Shown: piece by piece, positions 20,989 to 31,156 of the stretch | How positions within the stretch are numbered: position 1 is the stretch's first letter | Layout: every line of letters begins with the position of its first letter | IMG/VR virus record: IMGVR_UViG_3300030419_007010 | Location: 97,728 to 161,727 of that record | Length of the DNA stretch: 64,000 nucleotides | Reading direction: 5' to 3' (one strand) | Source of the DNA: a virus | Position numbers and translations under genes: made by a program | The notes under the pieces: generated by a model | What the model saw: the letters and a program-made list of their open reading frames with translations, nothing else | What the model was told of the DNA's origin: nothing | The model's database searches: none

Positions 20989-23078
20989 TACCTTACTACT
21001 TCACTCCAGAAGCGAGCTGGTACTGCTTTAAGATATTCCTCTGTTACAGACAAATCATCGGTAGCAAACCACTCTTCATCTTTGTGCTGCACATTATCAT
21101 TTAAATGAAGCTCACAACCCAGCAGTTTTGCCTCTATAACCATCCTAGGGCAAGTATCTGCTCCAGGGGGCAGAGAACATAAGCCCTTGGCTCCTGCTAG
21201 CATTTGAAGGGTCTCTGCGGGGTTTTTACCATGAATTTTAGTATAATCTAGATTGTTTTCCTTACACCACTCTTCGGCTTCTGGTGCTCCTTTCACCCAG
21301 TTTGGCGATCCGGGAATTAACCAAATATCGTTTTTCTTATCCTTATACTGTTCTCGAAGTTGTTTAATGAAAATGAAAAACTCTGGTTCGAAAATAGAAG
21401 TCAATCTAATGCAATTATCTTTATTCAAATCTGACATGTTTTCTAGTGTAATTTCCATTTGCTTATCAGACATGAAGAAAACCTTATTAGCGTTCTTTAA
21501 GAACGTATTTACAGATTTACCATGTTCGGAATCTTTACAATCGCAAGGTGTTCCCTCTAGAGTTTCGTGCAATTCCATATTTCTGTATTTACAAAACTTA
21601 TAATCAAACTCTACTACAAAGTAGTTAATATTTTGCTTTTCAAAAACACTTACTAGCTCTGGATTCATTTGGGTATTATTACCAAAAATCCAAGTCGCGT
21701 CTTTATGGGCTGTTACTAAAGACTCATTTAAATCTTTGCAATTTATCCCGGTATTTAATGCTGGGCATCCTCTCATTAAAGATCCCAAACTCAATTCTGC
21801 TCCTCCCAAAACTTGATTATGGAAGAAGTCGCTAGCAAATATATATTCTAGTTTCTCTGTTACATCTCCTCCGTAAATTGAGGAGGCCATTTTCTCGTAT
21901 TGGTTCTCTTCACTAAATGTTTCCAAAATCCAATTTTGCAGCTTCTTTGCCTGTTTTTTAAATCTTCCATGATCCTTAAAAACGTCGCGCATCGCAGCTT
22001 TACAAGATTTTTCGTCAGGGTAACACCACATAGAGTCTGCTTGAATTACTCCTTCCCAGACAGCTTGCTTTTGCACCGGCTGTAGTGTGTAATTTATTTT
22101 AGAAAAAAGTGGTTTAATTTTTTCTTTTCCTTTTTTACCTTTTACAGGTGCAAACAAGAAATCGCATTGACCGCTCCACTCCGGAGCAATAACCGGCATA
22201 CCACTATAAGCTGCTTCAAAAAGAGGAAGACCATAGCCTTCTCCATGGCTAGTAGAAACTATAGCTTTAAGTTTCGGATTCTTATATAAAGCATGCATTT
22301 CTTCGTCAGTCATATTTCCATGAAGAAGATATACCTTACACTTTCTATCAGGATAACTGCTTAAAATATTTTCTAATTCTTGTTTGCAACTATATCTATC
22401 CATTATGTTATTTTTAGATTTATTTGCTTTTATAACAAGACCTACTTCCTCGTCTTTAAATTCTTCAACAAACCACTTAATGGTACTATTAAGATTTTTA
22501 CGTGGGCCCCATTGAGCTACTGTAAGAAAATTAAACTTATAATCTAGTTTTATATCTAATTTTGGCTTTTTCTCATAAGTTTTAACAGGATACCCAACTG
22601 CTTCAATCGGTACGGTACATCTAAAGTCTTTTACTTCTTCTCCTGTTTCATTATTTTTTGCATGATAGCTAGTCTTTTCAAATACATCTTTTGAGTGGTT
22701 AGAAGTAATAACAATTCTATCCATCAGCATGGACTTCTCAACCCATTGTGGAGATATTTTTGTAGTTTCAATACCAGCGGTCACACCAACGTTAACGGGA
22801 GCTAATTTTTCCCATTCATTTGGTATCGTCACTTGAACGGACATATCATATTGGCCGCCCTGTTGTTGGTGGATAATTGTCTTTTTAAGAATTTGATCCA
22901 TCCAGTCTCTTTCTTCATCTGCTTCGGGAAGCCACCCTGTGTGGCCCCAATTAACAGCAATCAGATAAATATCAAACTTATCTTCATAAGCTCGGAGGGA
23001 GCGCAAAACAAATCTTGTGTGTTCGCCGTAGCCGCTTCTAGTTAGTGCGGGCCCGCGGACTAATACCTTTTTCCTCAT
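20988..23078 (-). CDS. two-module GT-B glycosyltransferase
   Basis: SGYGEH, RKNL, HGEGYGLPLFEA in module 1; GGAE and DTCPRMVIEA in module 2. Confidence 0.88.
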   Translation of the reverse strand: MRKKVLVRGPALTRSGYGEHTRFVLRSLRAYEDKFDIYLIAVNWGHTGWLPEADEERDWMDQILKKTIIHQQQGGQYDMSVQVTIPNEWEKLAPVNVGVTAGIETTKISPQWVEKSMLMDRIVITSNHSKDVFEKTSYHAKNNETGEEVKDFRCTVPIEAVGYPVKTYEKKPKLDIKLDYKFNFLTVAQWGPRKNLNSTIKWFVEEFKDEEVGLVIKANKSKNNIMDRYSCKQELENILSSYPDRKCKVYLLHGNMTDEEMHALYKNPKLKAIVSTSHGEGYGLPLFEAAYSGMPVIAPEWSGQCDFLFAPVKGKKGKEKIKPLFSKINYTLQPVQKQAVWEGVIQADSMWCYPDEKSCKAAMRDVFKDHGRFKKQAKKLQNWILETFSEENQYEKMASSIYGGDVTEKLEYIFASDFFHNQVLGGAELSLGSLMRGCPALNTGINCKDLNESLVTAHKDATWIFGNNTQMNPELVSVFEKQNINYFVVEFDYKFCKYRNMELHETLEGTPCDCKDSEHGKSVNTFLKNANKVFFMSDKQMEITLENMSDLNKDNCIRLTSIFEPEFFIFIKQLREQYKDKKNDIWLIPGSPNWVKGAPEAEEWCKENNLDYTKIHGKNPAETLQMLAGAKGLCSLPPGADTCPRMVIEAKLLGCELHLNDNVQHKDEEWFATDDLSVTEEYLKAVPARFWSEVVR

Positions 23079-24358
23079 GATACCTCTATAAGTTCGTATT
23101 TTTTATAACCTTTTCTATTTTCCCATGAACCGTACTCTTCATGAATACGGAGCATTAAAGATTCCCAGTTATTTTTATAATTTTCAAAATTGTAATTGTT
23201 TACAACATGTTGTCTGCCAGCAGCGCCAGTTTCTGCGCGCTCTTCAGGAGTCATATTATAAATCTTAAGCATGGCATCAACTAAATCTTTTCCACTAATT
23301 CTATCTTCATAAATCCATGGAATAGGCTGTGAGCCGATAATAGCTTTTGAAGACGGCTCAATCCCAACACCAAACCAATTCTCTCCGTCAGTTACCTGCT
23401 CTTGCAACCCACCGGTCATATTAACAATAATAGGAGTTTCAGTCGACAAAGCTTCCAAAGTAGCAAGACCAAAACCTTCTGCATCAGAAATATTTATAAC
23501 ACAATCGGACGAGTTATAGATAAGAGAAAGAACTTCAGGAGGAACTTTATTCTGCGAGAACATAACTTCTCCATTTGTTAAGCCTAGATGTTCAATAATT
23601 GCTTGAAGGTCTTGACCGTGCTCATCTTTAACATCTGTATGCATAACAAGACACGCTTTATCATGACCAACTTCATCCAGGAAGTCTTTAAACCAGAATA
23701 TTAAACTTCCAGACTGCTTTCTTCGTGCATTTCTATTGTTCCAAAAAAATACGAATCTGTCATCATTAATTTCAGGCATATTCTCATTCTTAAATTTTTC
23801 AATTTCCTCTTCGGATTTCTTTGAAAAAACATCAGTATCTACTGAATGAGGAAGATATAAAGAATCAACGTCCGGGGCCACGTTCTTTACAATGTCTGCT
23901 GTAACTTTTGATATCGCCGCGATTACGTCTGTAGACTCATAGAATGGTCTGTTAAATGTAGGATATGGTTTGTTATCCCAAACATGATAATAAACCATGG
24001 GCATATGGGGTCGAATCTCATCTTCTATATCCCATAACCATCCATAAAATCTAGGATCTGTCATAAACCACAAAATATCTGGCTTTTCATTACGCATAAT
24101 GGAGCGGATCATATCTTGTGTTCCATATCCATCAACTGGATAAATAATCCAATCATCCCCCCACTCTTCGGTTTTTGTTGGGTTATAGTCGTGGTGTTTA
24201 ACAGCACCGCCGAGACAAGTAAACTTAAACTTGCCTGTCGGTAACAGTGATTCAATCATATATTTTGTTTGTGTTCCAACACCTGATGGTGATAGAGGGT
24301 GGTCACTTAAGACAAGAACCTTGATTTTTTTATCCATTTTTTCCTCATTCATGCGCAA
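23075..24358 (-). CDS. GT4 glycosyltransferase
   Basis: SGVG, NRNARRK, EGFGLATLEA, TGGLQEQV. Confidence 0.9.
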   Translation of the reverse strand: MRMNEEKMDKKIKVLVLSDHPLSPSGVGTQTKYMIESLLPTGKFKFTCLGGAVKHHDYNPTKTEEWGDDWIIYPVDGYGTQDMIRSIMRNEKPDILWFMTDPRFYGWLWDIEDEIRPHMPMVYYHVWDNKPYPTFNRPFYESTDVIAAISKVTADIVKNVAPDVDSLYLPHSVDTDVFSKKSEEEIEKFKNENMPEINDDRFVFFWNNRNARRKQSGSLIFWFKDFLDEVGHDKACLVMHTDVKDEHGQDLQAIIEHLGLTNGEVMFSQNKVPPEVLSLIYNSSDCVINISDAEGFGLATLEALSTETPIIVNMTGGLQEQVTDGENWFGVGIEPSSKAIIGSQPIPWIYEDRISGKDLVDAMLKIYNMTPEERAETGAAGRQHVVNNYNFENYKNNWESLMLRIHEEYGSWENRKGYKKYELIEVS

Positions 24359-25125
24359 TGTTCCGTATTATAGAACTCGCACATGCCAAATGGAGTTTGG
24401 CATGCACTTCGATTCTTAGGGTGAAAATCCTTTTTTATATTATGAAGTGCTTTGTTCAATAAGTTAAGAGCATTTTTGGTTTTTTTTGGACCACTGGTCA
24501 CTCTAAAAATTTCAACATTATCTTTTTTAGCTGTTCTTTTCAACAAAGCAAAATAGGTTTCAATATTTTTTGGATCAATATTATGCTTTTGCGCAAAGTA
24601 GTTCTTATAGAAAGTTAACTGATACGTTGTCATGGCATCTGACTTTCGTTTTGGTTTCCAACCCCAACTACAAGTCTTCCAATCTAATATATGGTATTTG
24701 CCGTCAGGAGTTTTTACAACTAAATCAATAAATCCTTTAAAATCAAAGTCATTATCAATAGTTTCAAAAAGTTGCTCTTCTACTGAAACTACTTCGAAAT
24801 CTCCAAAGAACTCCTTAAGAAACGGGATCGCTAGCGGAGCAAGAATATCTCCTTGTGTTCTCATATCGTTTACTAAAGATTTGTTTAGATTCGCGCGAAC
24901 TTCTTCAGGTAGAGATTTTAGCTCTTCAAGAAATTGTTCTTGAAAATGAGCTTTCTCATCTAGATTTTCGTTAATAAGTGCGTTTTCGCACACAGAGTGG
25001 ATAGCACTTCCGAAAGCAGTATACTCGTTACCTTCGAAGCCTTTGATGCGATCAATATATGATAGTTTATGTTTGTGGGGGCATTCGTTCCAAATTTTGA
25101 ATGCAGAATAGGATATGTGAGACAA
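24349..25125 (-). CDS. PD-(D/E)XK exonuclease (RecB/Cas4-like phage type)
   Basis: ISYS, CP, FGSAIH, GFIDL, ILDWKT, QLTFY, C-terminal Cys cluster. Confidence 0.88.
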   Translation of the reverse strand: MSHISYSAFKIWNECPHKHKLSYIDRIKGFEGNEYTAFGSAIHSVCENALINENLDEKAHFQEQFLEELKSLPEEVRANLNKSLVNDMRTQGDILAPLAIPFLKEFFGDFEVVSVEEQLFETIDNDFDFKGFIDLVVKTPDGKYHILDWKTCSWGWKPKRKSDAMTTYQLTFYKNYFAQKHNIDPKNIETYFALLKRTAKKDNVEIFRVTSGPKKTKNALNLLNKALHNIKKDFHPKNRSACQTPFGMCEFYNTEHCA

Positions 25126-25419
25126 TTAGCCCTCTTGTTTTTTTGCTGTTTTTGTTTTTCGAGGCTTTTTAGTAATTTTACTAACCGGTTTTGATTGTTT
25201 TACTAATTCAAAAGCCCATGTTCCTATTCTAGCATGATCGGAACCATTATGCAAGACAATTTCTTTAATACATTTTCCAAATTTCACACCCTTGTTTTTA
25301 AGATATTCTTCAACATGTGTGGTGTGGACTCTCAATTTCCCAGCAGATCCTAATGATTCTATTTTCACATCAACTTCTAGTTGATTATTTTTTTCTTTTA
25401 TATTTACTTTCTCAAACAT
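25126..25419 (-). CDS. hypothetical protein with Lys-rich tail
   Basis: ORF in frame with operon; basic C-terminus. Confidence 0.6.
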   Translation of the reverse strand: MFEKVNIKEKNNQLEVDVKIESLGSAGKLRVHTTHVEEYLKNKGVKFGKCIKEIVLHNGSDHARIGTWAFELVKQSKPVSKITKKPRKTKTAKKQEG

Positions 25420-26086
25420 ATTGTTCTCCTAGAGCATTTAACTCATTAATTTTATTATATAATTTAGGACAAGTTTTGGATAAATACCTTCTGTCACCTA
25501 AATAGAACTCTTCAAAACCATTAGCAAAATATTCACGCAAGGAAGTTACTCCATAAGCAGATGAGAATATGCCTTGTGAAAGAGTATTTAGTTTGGGGTA
25601 ACCTACATCTTGATACAAATAATTGTCAAATTCTATTGAATAGTCTGTTTCTAAAAAATTATAACCAGAAGTATCGATACCATGATTTCTTAAAATTGAT
25701 TCTAGCTTCTTTCTTTTCATTAAGAACTCTGATTCGACACTATTATCAGCATATATTTCAGCGCCATGTATTTCTTCTAAAGAATGAGAAATCTCATGAA
25801 CAATATCATCTATCATATCTGAATTGTCACTTTGTTCATTTGTGAGATACAGAGCGCCATCTTTATACATTGCATTTACAGATCTTGCTTGCATTTCTTC
25901 AAAATATCCAATATACATTACGTCAATTGCATGGAACATATACCTGGGTAAAAGACTCTCTATTTTTTGAATTACCTGTGTCAAATCAACATTTTCAGGC
26001 AGAGGATCTTTCTCTACAATATCAACAGAATTGAAAATACTATATTGCTTTGTTGGACTAATGAATTTTGAAATTTTATTCGTCAT
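25412..26086 (-). CDS. putative zincin-like metallopeptidase
   Basis: HEISH motif plus downstream EYFANGF. Confidence 0.65.
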   Translation of the reverse strand: MTNKISKFISPTKQYSIFNSVDIVEKDPLPENVDLTQVIQKIESLLPRYMFHAIDVMYIGYFEEMQARSVNAMYKDGALYLTNEQSDNSDMIDDIVHEISHSLEEIHGAEIYADNSVESEFLMKRKKLESILRNHGIDTSGYNFLETDYSIEFDNYLYQDVGYPKLNTLSQGIFSSAYGVTSLREYFANGFEEFYLGDRRYLSKTCPKLYNKINELNALGEQYV

Positions 26087-26333
26087 CTTGTTGATTAGCA
26101 GTATTTAAGTGTGTCTGATCACTCAAACCTTGCTCATATCCTCTTACCCAATTCTCTTCCGCAACTGCGATCAAAAATTCAGGAAATTCGTGAGCCATTA
26201 CGCTAACAACATTTTCAACAGTAATTTCTCCATTCTCCGGGTCTAGTTTATTACCAATATAATCAACAATTACTTCCTTAAGAGAAGTGTCTGTCTCTAT
26301 TGTTTTATTTAATTCTTCGTTGTGAATATCCAC
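26076..26333 (-). CDS. hypothetical phage protein
   Basis: GTG start with GGAGG SD; acidic. Confidence 0.7.
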   Translation of the reverse strand: MDIHNEELNKTIETDTSLKEVIVDYIGNKLDPENGEITVENVVSVMAHEFPEFLIAVAEENWVRGYEQGLSDQTHLNTANQQDDE

Positions 26334-26387
26334 TTTAAACCTCCATATATAGTGTACACAAAAATGCCAATAATTTTAATTTAATTA

Positions 26388-27701
26388 TTATAATATTTTA
26401 GCTGCCAGAGTAGCAACTTTTGAGCGCTCGCCTTTTTTCAAAGATACGTGTCCAGCGATCTCATGTTCTTTAAACTTTTCTATTGCATAAGATAAGCCAT
26501 TTGATATCGAATCTAAATATACGTTGTCTATCTGCTCAATATCTCCTGTTAAGATAATCTTTGTACCCTCACCTACTCTAGTAATAATAGTCTTTAACTC
26601 GTGTACAGAGAGATTTTGAGCTTCGTCAATGATAATAAACGCATTAGAAATAGAGCGGCCTCTGATATATGTAAGTGCTTCTACTTCAATAGTCCCGTTT
26701 TCATATAACAGTTCGATTGTTTCCTTGTTATCTCCTAGAAGAAACTCCAGATTATCCTGAATCGGCATAAGCCAAGGGCTCATCTTCTCTTCTAAAGTTC
26801 CTGGCAGGAAGCCAATATCCTTTCCTACAGGCTGAACTGGTCTGGAAACTACAAGTTTTTTATACCGCTTGTTTTTATCTTCCATAATTTGTTCTAGACC
26901 TGCTGCAATTGCTAACAAAGTCTTACCACAGCCGGCCTTGCCGGTCATGGTAACAATTGGTATATCTGGATTCATAAGAAGATTTAATCCGAACAGCTGC
27001 TCTTTGTTACGAGCTTTGAGTCCCCAAATAGGATTTTTATATTCTACTATTGGTTTTAATGGTAAATTGTAATTTACAAATTTTGATAATGCTGTTTTCT
27101 TTTCATTTTGATTCGACACCAACATAACAAATTGATGAGGATTTATTTTAATGTCCTCTTCAAACAAATATATTTCTTCGTCAGAATAGAATCTATCAAT
27201 TAGTTGGTCATCTACTAAATGTTGTACAAATCCAGTATATAACTCGTCAGTATTACTAACAACTTGTTCAGTAATAAAATCTTCTGTTGGTATTTGAAGA
27301 GCATCACACTTTACACGCATGTTAATATCACGCGTAACAACAGTCAGCTTCTTCTTTTGAAGACGCTTCTTTTCTGTCATCGCAGTGCCAATAATTTGGT
27401 TATCTGCGTTAGACAAATCAAAGTCATCTGGTAAATCAAATACGTCGTATCCTCGTATCGAAAGGATACCTTTTCCACTACCTAATTTTACTCCTTCATA
27501 CAGATTTCCATTCTCGCGGAGATCATCTAGAATACGTATGGTTATTCGAGCGTTTGCTCCAACTCCATCTTGTCTTTTTTTGTGCTTATCTATTTCTTCG
27601 ATGACTTTTAGTGGAATTATTATGTCATTATTTTTATACGAAAAAATGGAATCTGCGCTTGTGAGGAGCACATTGGTATCAAGCAGATAAGTTTTTTTCA
27701 T
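26388..27701 (-). CDS. phoH: PIN-PhoH (PhoH2) protein
   Basis: N-terminal PIN (LDTNV, ADN, RDINMRVK), GKAGCGKT, GFLPG, YIRGRS, IDEAQN, GDIEQID, ERS. Confidence 0.96.
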   Translation of the reverse strand: MKKTYLLDTNVLLTSADSIFSYKNNDIIIPLKVIEEIDKHKKRQDGVGANARITIRILDDLRENGNLYEGVKLGSGKGILSIRGYDVFDLPDDFDLSNADNQIIGTAMTEKKRLQKKKLTVVTRDINMRVKCDALQIPTEDFITEQVVSNTDELYTGFVQHLVDDQLIDRFYSDEEIYLFEEDIKINPHQFVMLVSNQNEKKTALSKFVNYNLPLKPIVEYKNPIWGLKARNKEQLFGLNLLMNPDIPIVTMTGKAGCGKTLLAIAAGLEQIMEDKNKRYKKLVVSRPVQPVGKDIGFLPGTLEEKMSPWLMPIQDNLEFLLGDNKETIELLYENGTIEVEALTYIRGRSISNAFIIIDEAQNLSVHELKTIITRVGEGTKIILTGDIEQIDNVYLDSISNGLSYAIEKFKEHEIAGHVSLKKGERSKVATLAAKIL

Positions 27702-27755
27702 CTATCATCCTTGTATTAGTAATTAGCTTTCTAGTTATTTTTAGAGGTATTTTAT

Positions 27756-28595
27756 ATGAGAAGTTATTTTAAAGCTATTTTACTTACATTATCTTTATTA
27801 CTTTTATCATCATGTTCCTCTACTATACAACAAACAAAACAAAATTTTAAATGGCCTCGTGACAGTTTTGTAAAATATGAGACATATGTCTATCGCCAGA
27901 CCTGTGTGCCGGTAGATCCAGACAACATGAAATCAAAGTGTTATGAGAGGCAACAAGGGTATACAGGCTCCGGAGCTATCATCGCAAACGGCTTTGATGG
28001 TTCTTATGTTTTAACTGCTGCTCATATGTGTAATCGTCAAGCAGATCTAGATATGTTACAATCTTTAGAGCCAAAAGATTCAGAAGAATCAGAAAATGTC
28101 AGCTTCTTTGCAAAACATTATGTTAGAGATTTAGATGATTTTACATATAATGCAGAAATTGTTTCTTATAACTCAAATTTAGATGCATGCGTTGTGTTTG
28201 TTTGGGGGCTTTTTAAGGATCCTCTAAAAATTGCAAAAAAGAGGCCAAAAATTGGTTCTAGAACATATAACATTGCCGCGCCTGCAGGCTTCTTTAAGAA
28301 AAACTTAATCCCTTTATTTGAAGGGTTTTATATTGGCAAATGGGATAAATACTCATCCGTATACACGATACCTGCAATTGGAGGCAGTTCCGGCTCTCCC
28401 ATCCTAAACAAGAAAGGCGAGTTAATTGGCTTAATATACGCAAGACATAATAGATTCCATCATATAACCCTTTCTCCAGAGTTTAAAAAACTAAAGAAGT
28501 TTATATTCGATTCTATTAATAGTCATTCGAAAGAAAGAGCTAGAAGCCAAGAATTAGATTTGCGACGCTCAATTATTATTAAGTTCAATAAGTAA
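27756..28595 (+). CDS. trypsin-like serine protease, predicted lipoprotein
   Basis: LLLSSC lipobox, TAAH, D, GGSSGSP catalytic motifs. Confidence 0.9.
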   Translation: MRSYFKAILLTLSLLLLSSCSSTIQQTKQNFKWPRDSFVKYETYVYRQTCVPVDPDNMKSKCYERQQGYTGSGAIIANGFDGSYVLTAAHMCNRQADLDMLQSLEPKDSEESENVSFFAKHYVRDLDDFTYNAEIVSYNSNLDACVVFVWGLFKDPLKIAKKRPKIGSRTYNIAAPAGFFKKNLIPLFEGFYIGKWDKYSSVYTIPAIGGSSGSPILNKKGELIGLIYARHNRFHHITLSPEFKKLKKFIFDSINSHSKERARSQELDLRRSIIIKFNK

Positions 28596-29066
28596 TTATT
28601 TTGAGTGTTTGTCAGCTACACTACTGGCTGCATATGCATTGGGCTTTATCTTACAGTCGAATCCTGCACCTCTAGCATATCCAGTTAGCATTTCTGTAAA
28701 CTTGCTCGTTCCGTTATTTTTGTCGGCGCCGCTAACATCTAAATGAATTTCAATATCTAATACGGGAATAAGTTCCAAAAGCTTAAGCCCTAATTCAACT
28801 GATTTTTGAACTTCTGCCAAAATTCTCTGTAAAAGATTCGGGTATTTTCTCTTATTGATAATTGTTCTCTTAATAAAATAACGTCCACCGTTCTGGCTAT
28901 CTCCGTCATAAAGACATATAGCTAAAGAGAATATACAATCTTGTTTTTTAACATGACTATCAGTTCCTACCGAAATCTTACCGTTGTCTTCTTTGTGCTC
29001 CAAAATAATATCAACAATTTCTTCGAATGATATTTTATCTCCAGAACCAGTAAACCAATCAGCCAT
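28596..29066 (-). CDS. RNase H-like YkuK/DUF458 family protein
   Basis: VGTDS, EIHLDV, IKPNAYAASSVADKH. Confidence 0.85.
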   Translation of the reverse strand: MADWFTGSGDKISFEEIVDIILEHKEDNGKISVGTDSHVKKQDCIFSLAICLYDGDSQNGGRYFIKRTIINKRKYPNLLQRILAEVQKSVELGLKLLELIPVLDIEIHLDVSGADKNNGTSKFTEMLTGYARGAGFDCKIKPNAYAASSVADKHSK

Positions 29067-29292
29067 AATTGTTCTCCATAATAACTAGGCAACCATAGTT
29101 GTCAAAGTATTGATCATGATAAGTCCAACCATAATCTTCAATAATTTTAATAACTATGCTTCTCATTTTTTCAGATTTTCCAGTAATAATTTGAAAAGGA
29201 GGATCTAAAAAATTAATATATTCTATTACTACATCAATTACTTCTTGATGAGGCAAATGATGCAAGTCTAAAGTTGGGAGGTTATCACGCAT
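29059..29292 (-). CDS. stand-alone Smr domain protein
   Basis: TLDLH, IITGKS, NYG motifs of the Smr fold. Confidence 0.75.
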   Translation of the reverse strand: MRDNLPTLDLHHLPHQEVIDVVIEYINFLDPPFQIITGKSEKMRSIVIKIIEDYGWTYHDQYFDNYGCLVIMENNYG

Positions 29293-29824
29293 TTAGTTTT
29301 TTAGTATAATCATACATCGCAATTCCCGAAGTTGTACCAACGTTCATACTGCGAACTGAACCGTATTGTGTAATTGAGACCACATGATCAGCTAAATCTA
29401 ACATTTCTTTCGAGAGGCCGACTCCCTCTTCTCCAAAAATCATAAGAGAGTTTTCTGGCCAGTCGAAGTTTTCCATCGATACGGCGCCCTCTACATTATC
29501 CAGACATACGAACTTGTATTTAGACTTAAGAGATACAAGTACATCATAATTATCAATGTAGTTAAGGTCGACGTAATGATGAGTGCCAACAGCGCCCCGC
29601 CTGTCATACTTTCTTTTACCGTAGTAAAATACTTTTTCAGCGTTAAAAGCATTTGCATTCCTTATCATCGTTCCAATATTAAAATCACCATTCCAATGTT
29701 CCATCATAACAGCAAAATCATGAGATGTTGATCTTAAAGTATATATTATTTCTTCTTTTGTTTTGCCTTTGAAACGATCTTCAACATTGTAAGTCCAGGA
29801 ATTCCATCTATTTGCTACTGTCAT
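29285..29824 (-). CDS. SpoU/TrmH-family RNA 2'-O-methyltransferase
   Basis: NIGTMIRNANAF, FGEEGVGLS, ITQYGSVRSMNV; start placed at MTVANRW. Confidence 0.92.
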   Translation of the reverse strand: MTVANRWNSWTYNVEDRFKGKTKEEIIYTLRSTSHDFAVMMEHWNGDFNIGTMIRNANAFNAEKVFYYGKRKYDRRGAVGTHHYVDLNYIDNYDVLVSLKSKYKFVCLDNVEGAVSMENFDWPENSLMIFGEEGVGLSKEMLDLADHVVSITQYGSVRSMNVGTTSGIAMYDYTKKLNA

Positions 29825-30074
29825 TTTTTTCCCAATTCCAAAATTGTTCTTCCGAGTCCCACTCAAAAGTACCGTTCTCTGAAAACCATCTATTAACTCC
29901 ATCAGTTAAAACATCTAAATAAGCAGCTTCTAATTCTTTAAACGATTTTATTCGAGCCTTTGAGAAAGATGTATAATTTCCATCATTATCCTTATAAAGT
30001 TCAACTAGTTCACAGTATTCTTCTGTTTCCCAGAGATCCGGATAATTAATTTTAATTAATCCATACTTCCACAT
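29808..30074 (-). CDS. hypothetical protein
   Basis: ORF tiles between neighbours. Confidence 0.6.
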   Translation of the reverse strand: MWKYGLIKINYPDLWETEEYCELVELYKDNDGNYTSFSKARIKSFKELEAAYLDVLTDGVNRWFSENGTFEWDSEEQFWNWEKNDSSK

Positions 30075-30075
30075 C

Positions 30076-30558
30076 TTACATGCTGCTGATTGTTGGAGTT
30101 GTTTGTGACTTGAATACAGCCACTACCGAAGGGAATGGAGCAGAATTCTTTTCTTTACTCTCACTCTCGAACTTAAGTCGGCCTTTAATAAAATGTAGCT
30201 CCGAAGCCTTCATCATATAATTATGAAAATACTGTGTGTCTGTCCTTGCTGGACAAAGTAGTACTACTGTTGTATTCGGGTTTCTAGATTCTTCATAAGC
30301 TTTCTTAACCCAATGCTTTAGTTCCTTGCCATATGGAGGATTAACAAACACCGTTTCCCCTTCCCAGCTTTTTGATAATCCATCATCTTTTGCTGTATAA
30401 TATTTCTTACACTTTGCGGTCTTTGTTGTCGCGCATGGATCTAAAGTAAAATTGAATTTTTCGTCTAGCTTATCAAAAAACGGTTGTGGTGTTGCCCACT
30501 CATTGCTCTTTGAGCTAAACATTAGTTGTGTTGTAGAATTATTCATTTGTGCCTCCAC
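30076..30558 (-). CDS. dam: phage DNA N6-adenine methyltransferase (Dam, lambdoid/HP1 type)
   Basis: EWATP, FTLDPCA, DGL..SW, VNPPYG, PARTDT, GRLKF, APFPS. Confidence 0.95.
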   Translation of the reverse strand: MEAQMNNSTTQLMFSSKSNEWATPQPFFDKLDEKFNFTLDPCATTKTAKCKKYYTAKDDGLSKSWEGETVFVNPPYGKELKHWVKKAYEESRNPNTTVVLLCPARTDTQYFHNYMMKASELHFIKGRLKFESESKEKNSAPFPSVVAVFKSQTTPTISSM

Positions 30559-30793
30559 TTACTAATTCTAAATAATGTTCCGGAAAAACGTGTATTCTAT
30601 TCGTTTTTGGAAAAATGACTTTTATGAGGTTTGCCTTTGGTAGAGGAGATCCATCATCATCAGTGAAGCGCTGTTCTAATTCTTTTACTTCTAGAATAAT
30701 CGCGATTTCTTCATATGATATTGTGGGAGTTGCCATTTTGTCTATAACGGAATAAATTTTTCTTCTTTTGACTAAATCGCCAATTTTCATCAA
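30539..30793 (-). CDS. small SH3/KOW-like protein (KIGDLV family)
   Basis: MKIGDLV start, beta-rich, ends LELVS. Confidence 0.55.
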   Translation of the reverse strand: MMKIGDLVKRRKIYSVIDKMATPTISYEEIAIILEVKELEQRFTDDDGSPLPKANLIKVIFPKTNRIHVFPEHYLELVSGGTNE

Positions 30794-31134
30794 TCTTCTA
30801 TATCTCTACGAAATTTAGACCGGTGTGCTTCCAATATAGCACTGGCTGCAGCCTCTTTGTTTTCAAAAGAGCCTATAGTGGTCATATTCGACGCTGTGTG
30901 CGCTTTCCATGTATATAACCACCTCACCTTCGGATCAAGCTTCAAAGTCTTGTCTGCGCGGTATTTCGGCCAGTCTATGTTGGGATTCTCTTGAATCTTT
31001 AAAGATAACTCGCCTATCAAAATACCGTCATACCAAACGTTGGTATTTGAAGTGTATTTTTGTTTGGTAAAGGAAAACTTACCAATATCCTCTTTCATGA
31101 CGCCTCGTATTCTTTGAATACTATTGTAGCTCAT
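30790..31134 (-). CDS. hypothetical protein
   Basis: ORF track; overlaps downstream start. Confidence 0.6.
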   Translation of the reverse strand: MSYNSIQRIRGVMKEDIGKFSFTKQKYTSNTNVWYDGILIGELSLKIQENPNIDWPKYRADKTLKLDPKVRWLYTWKAHTASNMTTIGSFENKEAAASAILEAHRSKFRRDIED

Positions 31135-31156
31135 GCAACTTAAAAAGTCAAGAGTT

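Noticed and set aside
1-24358. Ordinary bacterial capsule or O-antigen locus
   Set aside because: No flippase, polymerase, chain-length or export genes, and it is contiguous with phage-type genes; cannot be fully excluded because the cluster runs off the edge.
24349-25125. Cas4 as evidence of a CRISPR system
   Set aside because: A solo PD-(D/E)XK exonuclease is common in phages; no array or other cas genes.
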